Positions 31,199 to 32,000 of a stretch of 32,000 bases of DNA are shown piece after piece. Positions within the stretch are counted from its first letter, which is position 1; each line of letters starts with the position of its first letter. The notes under the pieces were generated by a model. That model was not told where the DNA came from. It ran no database searches and saw only the letters and a program-made list of their open reading frames with translations. Source of the DNA: Pseudomonadota bacterium (GTDB lineage Bacteria > Myxococcota_A > Polyangia > Polyangiales > Polyangiaceae); assembly GCA_023423895.1 (NCBI GenBank), contig JAFAER010000267.1, positions 1 through 32,000 on the forward strand. Direction: 5' to 3'. The translations under genes were made by a program, and so were the position numbers.

Positions 31199-32000
31199 TC
31201 AGGCCCGCTTCTTCGGGCGGACGATCGAAAGCACCATCGCGAGGTCGCTCTTGCCGACCTCGCCGGTCACGACGAGCGCGACGACGTACGCGAGCGCGAT
31301 GGCCGGCGCGACGACGAGCGTGAGCGCTTTTCCGAACCGCGGGAGATAGAGGCCGAGCACGGCGGACGCAGCAATGCAGGCGCCGACGCGCACGGCCGTC
31401 TTCAGCGGGATGAACGCGCCGGCCACGCGACGAGCGCTCACGACGCCGAAGAACAGCGAGATGCCGAGGGCGCCGGCGGCGGCCGTCGCCGCGGCCATCA
31501 CCTGGGGCCGGCCGAAGGGCGCGTTTGGGATGAGCACGACGCACGCGACCACGAGCAGCGTGAGCGCGATCGCGGTCAACGTCATCGCCGCGCGCTCGCG
31601 GCCGAGGCTGACGAGGATCGTGGTCGCGAGACCGAGCATCGCGAACGCGGCCTGGCCGAGGACGAGGATGCGGAGCGCCGGGCCGCCCGCCGCCGAGATC
31701 TCTGCATCGTAGGCGAGGCGGATCAAGGACTCGGGGATCGCGACGATGATCGTGACCATGAGCCCGCAGACGATCGCGCCGATGCGCGACCCACGCGAGA
31801 CGAGCTCGGCGACGCGGACGTCACCTTGTTCCGTCTTCGCGCGGGCGAGCATCGGAAAGAGCACCTGCGTCACGCTGAAGAGCATCTGGTAGGGGAGGAA
31901 CGCGAAGAGCTGGCAGGCGCGGTAGACGGCGACCCATTCGTTGGCGGCCTGCGCGGGCTCGGCCTCGATTCCGCCGGGCGTGAGCGGGAGCGGCACCTGG
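31199..32000 (-). CDS. MOP-superfamily flippase (polysaccharide biosynthesis/Wzx-MurJ-like), N-terminus outside window
   Basis: Continuous multi-TM ORF running off the window. The VLFPMLARAK..GSRIGAIVCGLM pattern is typical of polysaccharide-biosynthesis C-terminal domains. Confidence 0.6.
   Translation of the reverse strand, partial: QVPLPLTPGGIEAEPAQAANEWVAVYRACQLFAFLPYQMLFSVTQVLFPMLARAKTEQGDVRVAELVSRGSRIGAIVCGLMVTIIVAIPESLIRLAYDAEISAAGGPALRILVLGQAAFAMLGLATTILVSLGRERAAMTLTAIALTLLVVACVVLIPNAPFGRPQVMAAATAAAGALGISLFFGVVSARRVAGAFIPLKTAVRVGACIAASAVLGLYLPRFGKALTLVVAPAIALAYVVALVVTGEVGKSDLAMVLSIVRPKKRA

Overview
High-GC (roughly 68-70% by eye) bacterial chromosomal segment. The gene content (Hanks-type kinase, FHA/sigma-54 activator, Cys-rich and RCC1-repeat lipoproteins) looks like Myxococcota; this is an inference. 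The flanks are ordinary. On the left: kinase, FGE-domain protein, Cys-rich lipoprotein, M18 aminopeptidase, and an SRPBCC protein with a histone-H1-like tail. On the right: a five-gene translationally coupled lipoprotein operon, comM, recA, an acyltransferase, an SDR, a hydrolase-like lipoprotein, an FHA-sigma54 activator and a flippase fragment. The centre (about 5.5-14.2 kb) is extraordinary. It holds about 37 tRNA-like genes, all on the minus strand, whose anticodons cover all 20 amino acids. This array is interrupted by a Ro60/TROVE-vWA gene (rsr) and an HNH endonuclease gene. It also contains four RNA modules closed by a conserved, covarying bipartite stem (helix, 3x3 internal loop with invariant ACU, helix). 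Three of these modules are circularly permuted tRNA mimics: the T arm and 3' acceptor strand are encoded upstream of the 5' acceptor strand, D arm and anticodon-like hairpin. That is the architecture reported for bacterial YrlA-type Y RNAs, the RNA partners of Ro60. A 430-nt non-tRNA insert in the array carries a perfect 29-nt copy of the universally conserved 23S rRNA helix 69/70 segment (the I-CeuI site). About ten of the tRNAs have an unusual UGCGA/UGCAA T-loop with G at position 55. All RNA calls were folded by hand from the sequence and need covariance-model and expression confirmation.
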